Assembly: GCA_021741155.1 (NCBI GenBank)
Contig: JAIOYP010000005.1
Location: forward strand, 46,668-110,667
Direction: 5' to 3'
Source: Flavobacteriales bacterium
GTDB lineage: Bacteria > Bacteroidota > Bacteroidia > UBA10329
DNA length: 64,000 nucleotides
Under the pieces are notes generated by a model. It worked only from the letters and a program-made list of their open reading frames with translations, had not been told where the DNA came from and did no database searches. Positions 29,996 through 40,526 of the stretch are shown here, in pieces. How positions within the stretch are numbered: the first letter of the stretch is position 1; each line of letters opens with the position of its first letter. A program made the position numbers and the translations under genes.

Positions 29996-30348
29996 CAGGT
30001 GCGAAGATAGTTTTCAGGACGATAAGACCATGCAGATTGTAATCCGCGCAGAGGGCAAACGCATTTAACTTTTATGACTATCCGCATGCTTACCCGGCTA
30101 TTCAAATCAATTTCTGAAAAGGCATGAAAAAGCCACAAATGCGCGGATGTTACATGATGTTAAGAATGAGCATTCTTTTATAAGCGGAAAACATGTGTTC
30201 ATCGGTGGCTAAAAATATGTTCTTCATAAACTTGAGCAAGTAATGAGGCCATCATTTTTTTAAAAATCCGTCTGCCATGTCAACTAAGAAACCAATTTTC
30301 ATATCTGATGGGTAGCCGTACCTTTGGGGTGGATTTAAAACGGAAACC

Positions 30349-30858
30349 ATGCTTGACAACAAGATTGAAAAATTGCTAAACCATCAGATTGAACTCGAAT
30401 TTGAGTCGTCTCAATATTACCTTTCAATGGCTTCGTGGGCCGAGAAGTCTGGATTGAACGGAATTAGTGCGTTCCTCTACACGCAGGCCGATGAGGAGCG
30501 CGTGCATATGCTTAAGCTTTTTCATTACATAAACGACCGTGGCGGACATGCATTGGTGCCTACCATTGGTGCGCCTCCGAAGGAATACAAGGATGCACGT
30601 GAGGTGTTTACAAAGGTTTTGCAGCACGAGCAAATTGTAACCAAAGAGATTAATGATTTGGTGGATACGTGCTTAAAAGTGAAGGATTACACGACTCACA
30701 ATTTCTTGCAATGGTATGTTGCAGAGCAAATTGAGGAAGAACGCCAAGCACAAACGCTAATTGACAAATTGGACCTTATTGGTACGGACAAGGGCGGTAT
30801 GTATCTGTTTGACCGCGATATGGAGACGTTTGTTTCGAAGGACGCTGGCAAGAAATAA
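30349..30858 (+). CDS. ftnA: Non-heme ferritin
   Basis: Ferroxidase-centre motifs EERVH and FLQWYVAEQIEEE. Confidence 0.92.
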   Translation: MLDNKIEKLLNHQIELEFESSQYYLSMASWAEKSGLNGISAFLYTQADEERVHMLKLFHYINDRGGHALVPTIGAPPKEYKDAREVFTKVLQHEQIVTKEINDLVDTCLKVKDYTTHNFLQWYVAEQIEEERQAQTLIDKLDLIGTDKGGMYLFDRDMETFVSKDAGKK

Positions 30859-30879
30859 TTTCATGAACGTTTTCTTTCA

Positions 30880-32337
30880 ATGGTAAACTCAAATTCGATG
30901 GGTGTGATTTTTCAATTGATGGTATCGATTGCTTTGTTTTCGTGCGGTGGGAATGCCACGGAAACTGCTGGTGAAAATGAAGCTACTGGCGATGGTAACT
31001 TCAACATGGAAGTGGTGATTCAGGGTGCTCCGAACGAACAGCTGAAAATGCTGGGTGCATTCGGCAATCAGAATTTTATTGTGGATTCGGCCAAGAGCGA
31101 TGCCAACGGCAGATTTGTTTTTGAGGCTGATTCGTTGCTACCAACGGGTTTCTATTATTTGATGCTGAGTTCGGACAACAGCTATTTCCAACTGCTTTTG
31201 GATAAAGACCAAGAGTTTAAGTTGGAGACGAGAAAAGGCGATTTTGTGAATGCCATGAAGGTGGATGGCTGCTTAAACAACGAACTGCTTTACAAGAATT
31301 TGAAGTTTGAAGCGGAATTTGGCACGCGACTTCAACCTATAAATGACCAATTGGCCAAGTTGACGGAAGGAACGGCTGAATACGCTACCGCAAAAGCAAA
31401 GCAAGAAGCATTAGTAAAAGAGCGTACGGATCATGTGCAATGGTTTTCGGACAATCAGCCGAATTCGTTCTTCACCAAGTTCAAATTATCGGGGCAAAAT
31501 CCCGATTTGACTACTCCAAGACTGCCAAATGGCGAATTGGACCAGGTGGCGCAGGTTTATCTGTATAGAAGAGCGTTTTTCGATAACGTGGATTTGAATG
31601 CCGAATGGACGATGCGCACACCTGTGTTTGCCAATAAGCTTCGTAAATACATCAAGGAATTGACGCCTCAGAATGCCGATTCGCTTATTCGTTATTCGGA
31701 TGAGCTCATCAGCAAAACGAAAGGAAACAAGGAGCTTTTTAAGTTCATTGTGAATTGGATTGCGCTGGAATACAAAACGCCTAAGACCATGGGAACGGAG
31801 GCGTTGTACGTGCATATGATTGATACGTATTGGACGCCTGAGTTGGCGTTTTGGTCCAATCCGGAAGAGATAAAAGGTTTGCGTGGCGAAGTAAGTTTGA
31901 TGAAGCCTAGCCTCATCGGAAAAATTGCGCAGGATGTGCAGGCTACGAACGAAAAAGGCGAAGCGGTTTCTATCTACGGAATGAAATCACCCATCAAGGT
32001 GGTGTTCATCTATTCGTACGATTGCGAGCATTGCCAAAAAGAAGCGCCTGAGATGGCCAAGGTTTACAATCAATGGAAAAGCCAAGGCTTGGATGTGTTT
32101 GCGCTTTGCACCGATAAGGACCAAACGAAGTGGAAAGAATTCGTTCGAAAGAACAACATGACGTTCCACAACGCTATTGACCCAGACCGCAAAAGCCGCT
32201 ACGACCGTAAGTATCATATCGACATCACACCAGAGCTATACGTGCTTGATAAGAACAACAAGATTATTGCAAGCAATCTGAGCCCAGAGCAATTGCCTGA
32301 GTTCTTGCAGGCTGAGAGGGGAAGAAATCCTTGGTGA
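30880..32337 (+). CDS. Thioredoxin/AhpC-TSA-domain lipoprotein
   Basis: LFSC lipobox; CEHC motif in a C-terminal thioredoxin fold. Confidence 0.85.
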   Translation: MVNSNSMGVIFQLMVSIALFSCGGNATETAGENEATGDGNFNMEVVIQGAPNEQLKMLGAFGNQNFIVDSAKSDANGRFVFEADSLLPTGFYYLMLSSDNSYFQLLLDKDQEFKLETRKGDFVNAMKVDGCLNNELLYKNLKFEAEFGTRLQPINDQLAKLTEGTAEYATAKAKQEALVKERTDHVQWFSDNQPNSFFTKFKLSGQNPDLTTPRLPNGELDQVAQVYLYRRAFFDNVDLNAEWTMRTPVFANKLRKYIKELTPQNADSLIRYSDELISKTKGNKELFKFIVNWIALEYKTPKTMGTEALYVHMIDTYWTPELAFWSNPEEIKGLRGEVSLMKPSLIGKIAQDVQATNEKGEAVSIYGMKSPIKVVFIYSYDCEHCQKEAPEMAKVYNQWKSQGLDVFALCTDKDQTKWKEFVRKNNMTFHNAIDPDRKSRYDRKYHIDITPELYVLDKNNKIIASNLSPEQLPEFLQAERGRNPW

Positions 32338-32513
32338 TTTGAGACCTACTATGTTTTCAAAGCAGGGGTGTCCGAAATGTGGTTAGGAGGAGCTGTATTT
32401 AACCCTTTCAGGGATATTTAGGGCTGCGCCCTTATTCGATTGGTCATACCCATCGTTAGTATATAGCGCTTTTCCGGTTACGCTGCGTGAAAATTAAAGG
32501 AGCGCAGCGACAA

Positions 32514-32554
32514 AATCCGTGTTCATCCGCGCTATCCGCGTCCTCCGCGTTCTA
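32514..32554 (+). repeat. Solo copy of the 41-bp (ATCCG)n periodic repeat
   Basis: 36/41 identical to the reverse complement of 34586-34626. Confidence 0.85.
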
Positions 32555-32692
32555 TTATAGAGCATCCCTCAATCAAGAGCGTAGCGACAAATCAGTCCAA
32601 CCAGTTCAATCAGAGCCTGCCCTGAGTTTGTCGAAGGGTTCTATCACCCAGCCCCCATTTTCTATATTTGAGATTCCCGCAAAACGGAATCC

Positions 32693-34588
32693 ATGAAAAA
32701 GATAAACTCTCTCCAAGAATACCACCAGCAATACGCCCTAAGCGTAGCCAACCCAGAAGGTTTCTGGAACGATAAAGCCGAAACCTTCCAATGGAAAAAG
32801 AAGTGGAATAAAACCTTGGAGTGGGAGTTCAAAACACCAGATGTAAAGTGGTTTTTGGGCGGAAAGCTCAACATTACCGAGAATTGTCTTGATAGGCATC
32901 TCGAAACACGAGGCGACCAAGTAGCCATCCTCTTTGAACCCAACGACCCAAGCGAGAAAGCTGAAAAAATCACATACAAGCAATTGCACAGCCGAGTTTG
33001 TGCTTTCGCAAACGTTCTTAAAAGAAACGGGGCCAAGAAAGGCGATAGAATTTGCCTCTACATGCCCATGACGCCCGAATTGGCCATTGCCACCTTGGCT
33101 TGTGCGCGAATTGGAGCCATTCATTCGGTAGTGTTTGCGGGTTTTTCTGCACGCTCACTCGAAGACAGAATTAACGATGCTACCTGCAACATTATCGTTA
33201 CAGGCGATGGCGCCTATCGCGGGGCAAAAACCATCGACCTCAAAGGAATTGTGGATAAAGCCCTCGAAACCTGCCCATCGATTAAGACGTGCATCGTTCA
33301 GAAAAGAACGGGTGCATCTATTACAATGAAAGAGGGTCGCGATGTGTGGTTGGAAGACGAATTGAAGCTCGTCAACGATGACTGCCCAGCCGAAGAAATG
33401 GACAGCGAAGACATGCTTTTTGTGCTCTACACTTCGGGCTCAACAGGCAAGCCTAAGGGCGTGGTTCACACCTGTGGCGGCTACATGGTTTATGCAGAAT
33501 ACAGCTTTAGAAACGTGTTTCAATATGAAGAAGGCGATGTGTATTGGTGCACTGCCGATATTGGTTGGGTCACGGGTCACACCTACATCGTTTACGGGCC
33601 CTTGTTAGCAGGAGCAACCACCGTGATGTTCGAAGGCATTCCCAGTTATCCAGATGCGGGGCGTTTTTGGGAAGTGTGCGACAAGCACCAAGTCAATATT
33701 TTCTACACCGCGCCAACCGCCATTCGTGCGTTAGAGGCCTACGGATTGGATTACGTAAAACCCTACAAACTCGATAGTTTGCGCGTGTTGGGTTCGGTCG
33801 GAGAGCCGATAAACGAAGAGGCTTGGCACTGGTACGATAAGCACATCGGCAAAGGCAAATGCCCCATTGTGGATACGTGGTGGCAGACCGAAACGGGAGG
33901 CATTCTCATCTCGCCTTTGGCGGGAATAACGCCTCTTAAACCGAGTTATGCCACGCTTCCACTCCCAGGCGTCCAACCTTGTTTGGTTGATGCTGATGGC
34001 AATGAAATTGAAGGAAACGATGTGCAGGGAAATCTCTGTATGAAGTTCCCGTGGCCGGGTATGCTTCGCACCACTTATGGCGACCACGAACGCTGCAAGC
34101 AGGTCTATTTCTCTACTTACAAAGGCAAATATTTTACAGGCGATGGTTGCCGAAGAGACAAAGACGGCTACTACCGAATTACGGGAAGAGTTGATGATGT
34201 GATTAACGTTTCGGGCCACCGCTTTGGAACGGCTGAAATTGAAGCCGCCATTGACGAGCACGAAAACGTGGTAGAAACGGCCGTTGTTGGTTATCCACAC
34301 GACATCAAAGGACAAGGCATTTATGCCTACGTCATTTGCAACCATCCACCTGCAGACTTAGAAGCGTTCCGAAAGGAAATCCACAAAGTGGTCATTGAAA
34401 TTATTGGCCCAATTGCGAAACCCGATAAAGTTCAGGTGGTAAGTGGATTGCCAAAAACGCGTTCAGGAAAAATTATGCGAAGAATTCTCAGAAAAGTTGC
34501 TGAAGGAGACGTGTCTAATCTAGGCGATACCTCTACCTTGCTCGACCCATCTGTAGTAGACGAAATTAAATTAGGCGCTGGGTTGTAG
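32693..34588 (+). CDS. acs: Acetate--CoA ligase
   Basis: [20 protein letters not shown] and [11 protein letters not shown] motifs. Confidence 0.97.
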   Translation: MKKINSLQEYHQQYALSVANPEGFWNDKAETFQWKKKWNKTLEWEFKTPDVKWFLGGKLNITENCLDRHLETRGDQVAILFEPNDPSEKAEKITYKQLHSRVCAFANVLKRNGAKKGDRICLYMPMTPELAIATLACARIGAIHSVVFAGFSARSLEDRINDATCNIIVTGDGAYRGAKTIDLKGIVDKALETCPSIKTCIVQKRTGASITMKEGRDVWLEDELKLVNDDCPAEEMDSEDMLFVLYTSGSTGKPKGVVHTCGGYMVYAEYSFRNVFQYEEGDVYWCTADIGWVTGHTYIVYGPLLAGATTVMFEGIPSYPDAGRFWEVCDKHQVNIFYTAPTAIRALEAYGLDYVKPYKLDSLRVLGSVGEPINEEAWHWYDKHIGKGKCPIVDTWWQTETGGILISPLAGITPLKPSYATLPLPGVQPCLVDADGNEIEGNDVQGNLCMKFPWPGMLRTTYGDHERCKQVYFSTYKGKYFTGDGCRRDKDGYYRITGRVDDVINVSGHRFGTAEIEAAIDEHENVVETAVVGYPHDIKGQGIYAYVICNHPPADLEAFRKEIHKVVIEIIGPIAKPDKVQVVSGLPKTRSGKIMRRILRKVAEGDVSNLGDTSTLLDPSVVDEIKLGAGL

Positions 34589-34626
34589 AACGCGGATGAC
34601 ACGGATTGAGCGGATAAACACGGATT
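34586..34626 (+). repeat. Left 41-bp inverted repeat of the GxxExxY cassette
   Basis: tagaacgcggatgacacggattgagcggataaacacggatt; 35/41 match to the reverse complement of 35013-35053. Confidence 0.9.
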
Positions 34627-34629
34627 AAA

Positions 34630-35013
34630 ATGTCAAATCTTCTTCATTCGGAAATTACAGGAACTATCCTTGAATGTTTTTTCAAGGTGTACAACTCCTT
34701 GGGATATGGTTTTCTGGAGAAGGTATATGAGCGCGCCTTGGTCATTGAGTTACGACATTCTGGACTTGAGTGTTCCGTCCAATACCCCATCAAAGTTTAT
34801 TATGAAGGCGAGATAGTTGGTGATTACTTTGCCGACATAATGGTCGAGGGAAAAGTAATTGTTGAGCTGAAAGCTGCTGATGTCTTATGTGAAGAGCATG
34901 AATTCCAACTCATCAATTATTTGAAAGCCACAGATGTTGAAGTCGGCCTATTGCTGAACTTCGGCACGAAACCACAATACAAACGAAAGGTCTTTAGCAA
35001 TGGCCGAAAATAA
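34630..35013 (+). CDS. GxxExxY protein (PD-(D/E)xK nuclease-like)
   Basis: GYGFLEKVY, ADIMVEGKVIVELK, QLINYLKAT and GLLLNFG motifs. Confidence 0.95.
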   Translation: MSNLLHSEITGTILECFFKVYNSLGYGFLEKVYERALVIELRHSGLECSVQYPIKVYYEGEIVGDYFADIMVEGKVIVELKAADVLCEEHEFQLINYLKATDVEVGLLLNFGTKPQYKRKVFSNGRK

Positions 35014-35053
35014 ATCCGCGAGTATCCGCTCAATCAGCGTCATCCGCGTTCCA
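35013..35053 (-). repeat. Right 41-bp inverted repeat of the GxxExxY cassette
   Basis: aatccgcgagtatccgctcaatcagcgtcatccgcgttcca. Confidence 0.9.
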
Positions 35054-35058
35054 TTAAA

Positions 35059-37920
35059 ATGACAAAACAGAACGAAACAGAAGACAAACGTCTCTTTCTC
35101 CTCGATGCCTTTGCATTGATTTACCGTGCCTATTTCGCCTTTGCAGGCAATCGTGTAGATAAGCACGGCAATCGCGCCAGCGGCTATACCATGGTCAACT
35201 CAAAAGGGCTGAACACATCGGCCATTTTTGGCTTTACCAACACGCTTTTGGAGTTGCTGGAGAAGGAAAAACCATCCCACATTGCCGTGGTATTTGACAT
35301 GCCGGGCGAAACAAACCGTCAAATTGAATACACCGAATACAAGGCTAATCGTCAGGCCATGCCTGATGATTTGCGCGACAGCATTTCCTACATTCAAGAC
35401 CTTATCCGAGGCTTTCGAATTCCAGTGTTGGGAGTAGAAGGCTACGAGGCCGATGATGTAATTGGCACCCTCGCCAAAAAGGCCGAAAAAGAAGGCTATA
35501 CAACTTACATGGTTACGCCCGATAAGGATTATGGGCAGTTGGTTTCTGATAAAATCTACATGTACAAGCCCGCTAGCATGGGCAACGACATTGCCGTGTT
35601 GGGTCCGAAAGAAATTTGTGAGAGGTATGGATTGGCACGCCCCGAACAATTGATTGATGTGCTCGGAATGTGGGGCGATGCGGTGGATAATATTCCCGGA
35701 ATTCCTGGAGTGGGAGAGAAGACCGCCATCAAGTTCATTCAGGACTATGGCTCGATGGAAGGCTTGTACGAAAACCTCGACCAACTGAAAGGAAAAATGA
35801 AGGAAAACGTGGAAAACAATCACGAAAAAGCCCTCATGTCCAAAATGTTGGCAACCATTATTTTGGATGTTCCGATTGATTTTGATGAGGAAGACCTCAT
35901 TATGGAAGAGCCAAATAAGGAAGCGTTAGCTGAATTGTTTGCAGAGTTGGAATTCAGAACCATCGCCAGAAAAGTACTTGGACAAGAAGTAGCTATTCAG
36001 CCAGCCCCAAAACCAGCTACCGCTAAATCTGCGGCAATGGGGCAGATAGATATGTTTGCGGCCAGCGATACCGTGGTAGAAACGGTTGAGGGTTCGGGTT
36101 ATCAGACGTTGTCAAACACCGACCACGATTACCAGCTTGTTGATACTGCTGAAAAGCGAAAAGAGCTTATCGCAACCCTTTCCAAAGCCGAAACTATTTG
36201 TTTTGACACCGAAACAACAGGATTGGACACGCTTACCGCTGAACTGTTGGGCATCGCTTTTTCCATCGAAAAGGGAAAAGGTTTTTACGTGTCCATTCCT
36301 GATAATGAGGTTGAAGCCAAGAAAGTCTGTGCGGAGTTTCAGTCCATCTTTTCTGATGGAAAGAAATTGCTGATTGCGCAGAATTTGAAATATGATTTGT
36401 GCATTCTTCTGCGTTACGGAATTACTATTTCGGCCAAGACGTTCGATACCATGATTGCGCATTATCTCATCAATCCGGATATGCGACACGGAATGGATCT
36501 ATTGGCGGAAACGTACCTCGCCTACAAGCCTCAATCAATCACCGAACTAATTGGAAAAAAAGGCAAAGCGCAGGGCAGCATGAAGGATGTGGCTTTGGAA
36601 GATGTGAAGGAATATGCTGCAGAAGATGCCGACATCACCTTTCAATTGTTCGAGAAGTTCGGCCCGTTGTTGGATGAAGTGGAAGCGCGAAAACTCTTCA
36701 ATGAGGTTGAAATGCCGCTCATTCCTGTGCTTGGCGCCATGGAGATGGAAGGAATTAAACTTGATGTTGCGGCACTCAAAATAATGTCAGCCGAATTGAA
36801 CGAAGACCTCATCCGCTTGCAGACCGAGATTAAAGAGTTGGCAGGAGTTGACGATTTCAATATTCAATCGCCAAAGCAATTGGGAGAGGTGCTTTTTGAC
36901 CATTTGAAAATTGACACCAACGCCAAGCGAACAGGCAAAACAGGGCAGTACAAAACGGGCGAGGAGATTTTGAGCAAATTGGTTGGAAAACATGCCATTG
37001 TTCCAAAAATCTTGGATTACCGTTCGGTTCAAAAACTCAAATCGACTTATGTCGATACGCTTCCAGAACTCGTAAACGCTAAGACGGGGAAGATTCATAC
37101 AAGCTACAATCAAGCAGTTGCTGCAACGGGTCGATTGAGTTCAGATAATCCGAACCTTCAGAACATTCCGATTAGAACGGAACGCGGTCGCGAGATTAGA
37201 AAAGCATTCATACCCCGAAGCGAAGAATATGTCCTTCTTGCAGCGGATTATTCGCAAGTGGAGCTTCGCATCATTGCTGCCTTGAGTAAGGACGGACCGA
37301 TGATTGAAGCTTTCAAGCAGGGACAAGATATTCACGCAGCTACGGCCGCCAAGGTTTTCGGAGTAAAATTGGAAGAAGTTGACCGCGACATGCGAAGCAA
37401 GGCCAAGGCCGTAAACTTTGGGCTGATGTACGGCCAGTCGGCATTCGGATTGGCGGATAATTTGGGCATTTCCCGAACGGAAGCGAGAGATATAATTGAA
37501 GAATATTTCAAGCAATTCCCAACCATTCGGGCTTACATGGATAGCAACATTCAGTTTGCCAAGGAGCACGGATACGTGGAAACCATCATGGGGCGCAGAC
37601 GCTACTTGCGTGACATCAACTCAAACAATCAAACTGTGAGAGGTTATGCCGAACGAAACGCCATCAACGCGCCTATTCAAGGATCAGCAGCTGATATCAT
37701 CAAAGTGGCAATGATCAACGTTCATGCAGAAATGAACAAGCGCAAAATGAAATCAAAATTGCTGCTTCAAGTGCATGATGAACTTGTTTTTGATGCGCAT
37801 AAAGATGAATTGGAAGAGCTCAAAGCCTTGGTTCAAGAAAAAATGGTTGGAGCGGTAAGTTTAGAGGTGTCGATGGTGGTGGATATGGGAGTTGGAACGA
37901 ACTGGTTAGAGGCACATTAA
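35059..37920 (+). CDS. polA: DNA polymerase I
   Basis: 5'-3' exonuclease (YKANR, EADD), 3'-5' exonuclease (DTETTG) and polymerase (DYSQVELR, QVHDEL) motifs. Confidence 0.98.
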   Translation: MTKQNETEDKRLFLLDAFALIYRAYFAFAGNRVDKHGNRASGYTMVNSKGLNTSAIFGFTNTLLELLEKEKPSHIAVVFDMPGETNRQIEYTEYKANRQAMPDDLRDSISYIQDLIRGFRIPVLGVEGYEADDVIGTLAKKAEKEGYTTYMVTPDKDYGQLVSDKIYMYKPASMGNDIAVLGPKEICERYGLARPEQLIDVLGMWGDAVDNIPGIPGVGEKTAIKFIQDYGSMEGLYENLDQLKGKMKENVENNHEKALMSKMLATIILDVPIDFDEEDLIMEEPNKEALAELFAELEFRTIARKVLGQEVAIQPAPKPATAKSAAMGQIDMFAASDTVVETVEGSGYQTLSNTDHDYQLVDTAEKRKELIATLSKAETICFDTETTGLDTLTAELLGIAFSIEKGKGFYVSIPDNEVEAKKVCAEFQSIFSDGKKLLIAQNLKYDLCILLRYGITISAKTFDTMIAHYLINPDMRHGMDLLAETYLAYKPQSITELIGKKGKAQGSMKDVALEDVKEYAAEDADITFQLFEKFGPLLDEVEARKLFNEVEMPLIPVLGAMEMEGIKLDVAALKIMSAELNEDLIRLQTEIKELAGVDDFNIQSPKQLGEVLFDHLKIDTNAKRTGKTGQYKTGEEILSKLVGKHAIVPKILDYRSVQKLKSTYVDTLPELVNAKTGKIHTSYNQAVAATGRLSSDNPNLQNIPIRTERGREIRKAFIPRSEEYVLLAADYSQVELRIIAALSKDGPMIEAFKQGQDIHAATAAKVFGVKLEEVDRDMRSKAKAVNFGLMYGQSAFGLADNLGISRTEARDIIEEYFKQFPTIRAYMDSNIQFAKEHGYVETIMGRRRYLRDINSNNQTVRGYAERNAINAPIQGSAADIIKVAMINVHAEMNKRKMKSKLLLQVHDELVFDAHKDELEELKALVQEKMVGAVSLEVSMVVDMGVGTNWLEAH

Positions 37921-38043
37921 TCATGACATTTCAATACAAGGTAAAAATGTTTGCAACCCTCTATTAATCTGTTCGTAAGCGTTCAATTGCATAGCGTACG
38001 CAAACGAAATTTTATTTTTGTTGGAATAAAGGAACTTAGGAAC

Positions 38044-38892
38044 ATGAACAAACCATTTAAATCAATACTAGGGTTGGCTTTTGCCGCCTTCTTGCTCGCT
38101 TCTTGTGGGTCAGAACAAAAACCAGCCGCTGAAGCAGCAACTGAAGAAGCCAAGGAGATGTCTGCAGAAGATTTGGCTCAGGCCGATGAAATGATTCAGA
38201 ACATGCCATCTCCTATCGAAATGGCCATTCTGGTGAAACACGCTGGAGGCGAATACAATGCAAAATTGTTGAACGATGTCAAGAAGCTAGACTCGTACGT
38301 GACTCAAGGCAAAAAGACTATCAACATGGGCGTTTATAGCTCGGATGTGGGCTACACGTCACTTTACAAACAAACGCAGGAAACGGTTTTTTACCTCAAT
38401 AATGTGCGTAAACTGTCTGATGACATCGGTCTTTCGGATGCATTCGGCCAAAGCATGTTTGACCGTGTAGAGTCGAACATCGAGAACCGAGATTCGTTGC
38501 TTCAGATTCTCAGCGCATCTTACGATGTGGCGAATCAGTATTTGAAGGAAAATAACCGAATGAACACGTCTGTGTTGATGATTGGCGGAGGCTGGATTGA
38601 GTCTATGTATTTGGCGGCAAATCTTGGTACAAATGGAGGCAGACCAGCAGACATTATTTCTCTTCGAATCTTAGAGCAGGAAAAGGTTCTGGCCAAAATC
38701 GTAATAGCCATGAAAATGGTGGATGACGACCCATTGGTAGCAGAATTTGCCACGAAGCTGGAGGAATTATCACACGCCTTGGTGGCAAGCGAAATTCGCG
38801 TTGGAGAAGGAGATGAAGCAACGGTTGATGCTGCGAAAATGGAAAAAGTCTATGTTCTTGTTGACAAGATTCGTGCTTGGGCAGTAGCTTAA
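38044..38892 (+). CDS. Hypothetical helical lipoprotein
   Basis: LASC lipobox; PSPIE and GGWIE motifs. Confidence 0.75.
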   Translation: MNKPFKSILGLAFAAFLLASCGSEQKPAAEAATEEAKEMSAEDLAQADEMIQNMPSPIEMAILVKHAGGEYNAKLLNDVKKLDSYVTQGKKTINMGVYSSDVGYTSLYKQTQETVFYLNNVRKLSDDIGLSDAFGQSMFDRVESNIENRDSLLQILSASYDVANQYLKENNRMNTSVLMIGGGWIESMYLAANLGTNGGRPADIISLRILEQEKVLAKIVIAMKMVDDDPLVAEFATKLEELSHALVASEIRVGEGDEATVDAAKMEKVYVLVDKIRAWAVA

Positions 38893-38897
38893 TTTTA

Positions 38898-40526
38898 ATG
38901 TCGTTCAAAAAATTTCATTTAAAGCGATCGTTTCTGTGGTCGCTTTTTTTGTGCCTGATATTTTCTCAATCCAAGGCACAACATTTTGATTGGGCAGAAA
39001 GCATTGGCGGCCTTGGATTAGATGTTGGGCGAGCGGTGACCACAGATGAAGCCGGAAATGTTTTTGTGGTTGGGAATTTTACGGGCGGAACGCACATTGC
39101 CGACACATTTCTTACTGGTTATGGTTCGATGGAAGCGTTTGTTGCCAAATTCACGTCCGAAGGAGAATTCCTCTGGGCACGAGTTATTTCTGGCCCTTTG
39201 GAGGATATGGCTAGAGGCGTAGTAACGGATTATGATGGAAATGCCTACGTGGTTGGTCACTTCACCGATACGGTTACTTTTTCCACTTCGCCCGGAGGAA
39301 ATGTTGCTGCAAAATCAGCTGGTGGTCAAGATGTGTTTGTGGTGAAATATGCACCCAACGGCCAGTTGGTTTGGAAACTAACTGGGGGCGGCTCTGGAGA
39401 CGATACCGCAACCGATATTGATCAATATAGATGGAGTGGGAAACTCTACGTAAGCGGTGGATTTGAAAACAGAGCAAGTTTTGGTACAGCTACGATTCTT
39501 TCAAACGGTCGTTCGGATGCTTTTCTCTTGAAAATGGACATGGGTGGCAATGCGCATTGGGTTAGGAATGGTGGAGGTTTGGAGCACGATATTGCAGCCT
39601 CCGTTGCTGTTGGAAATGATGAGTCCGTTTACATTGTAGGAGATTTTTACGATCAGGCCACTTTTGGTTCTGCACAGCTACAAGCCATGGGAAGTTCAGA
39701 CATGTTCTTGGCCAAATTCACCGAAAACGGAAACATGGAATGGGTTCGGACAAATGGTGGCACCTCGGTTGATGTTTCTACCGTTGTAGGCACCGATTTG
39801 AACGGAAACGTATTCGTTTCTGGCTATTACCAAGGCACCACTTTTTTCCAAAATTTCTCTAAAACGGCCATTGATTACAATGATATTTTCGTTTCCAAAT
39901 TTGATGGCGATGGAAACTGCCAATGGCTCAGTTCGGCAGGCAGCTGGAACTTGGACAACTGTTTGGGAATGGCGGTGGATTGGGATGGATCGACCTATCT
40001 CACAGGTTTTTTTGAGAACGAAATGTTTGCGGACGATGTATCGTTCCTTGGTGATGGGTACGATATATTCATTCTGAAATATAATCCGGACGGCACAATA
40101 AGATATGGCCGCAATGCTGGTGCCGCAAGTTCAGATTTCGGCACAGGGATTTGTCTTGGCGCAGATCAAAGTTTATACATAACTGGTTACTATTTCTTCT
40201 TTGCCGATTTTGATCAAACCACCATTGGCAATGCAGATAATGGCGATTGTTTCTTGGCAAGAATGAGCGACATACTTTCTATCCCAGAAGAAGATGAGAA
40301 AGAATCAGATGATGATTGCCTCACGTACAATTATGGACAAAAAACCATGCAGGTTGCCTGTAGTGACTTCACCAAATGGATGGTTGTAAATACGCTAGGA
40401 CAGACCGTTTCAAATGGAAATATAAGTGATGCCAAAATCGACCTTTCGTACTTACGAACGGGTCATTACATCTTTAGAGGAGACCGAAACGGAGCGCCAG
40501 CTTCGGTGAAATTCGTTGTGCCTTAG
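38898..40526 (+). CDS. SBBP-type beta-propeller repeat protein with T9SS-like CTD
   Basis: Repeats of D..GN.YV.G.F and D.FL.KY...G...W. Confidence 0.85.
   Translation: MSFKKFHLKRSFLWSLFLCLIFSQSKAQHFDWAESIGGLGLDVGRAVTTDEAGNVFVVGNFTGGTHIADTFLTGYGSMEAFVAKFTSEGEFLWARVISGPLEDMARGVVTDYDGNAYVVGHFTDTVTFSTSPGGNVAAKSAGGQDVFVVKYAPNGQLVWKLTGGGSGDDTATDIDQYRWSGKLYVSGGFENRASFGTATILSNGRSDAFLLKMDMGGNAHWVRNGGGLEHDIAASVAVGNDESVYIVGDFYDQATFGSAQLQAMGSSDMFLAKFTENGNMEWVRTNGGTSVDVSTVVGTDLNGNVFVSGYYQGTTFFQNFSKTAIDYNDIFVSKFDGDGNCQWLSSAGSWNLDNCLGMAVDWDGSTYLTGFFENEMFADDVSFLGDGYDIFILKYNPDGTIRYGRNAGAASSDFGTGICLGADQSLYITGYYFFFADFDQTTIGNADNGDCFLARMSDILSIPEEDEKESDDDCLTYNYGQKTMQVACSDFTKWMVVNTLGQTVSNGNISDAKIDLSYLRTGHYIFRGDRNGAPASVKFVVP

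Noticed and set aside
32487-32696. 69-aa ORF upstream of acs
   Set aside because: It is a translation of repeat fragments (SALSASSAF, PALSLSKG); no support as a gene.
34586-34626. CRISPR-like mini-array in the CGGAT repeats
   Set aside because: The period is only 9-10 bp with no spacers; the sequence is an inverted arm, not an array.
33731-35823. Long antisense ORFs (204 aa, 207 aa) opposite acs and polA
   Set aside because: Typical shadow ORFs of well-conserved genes.
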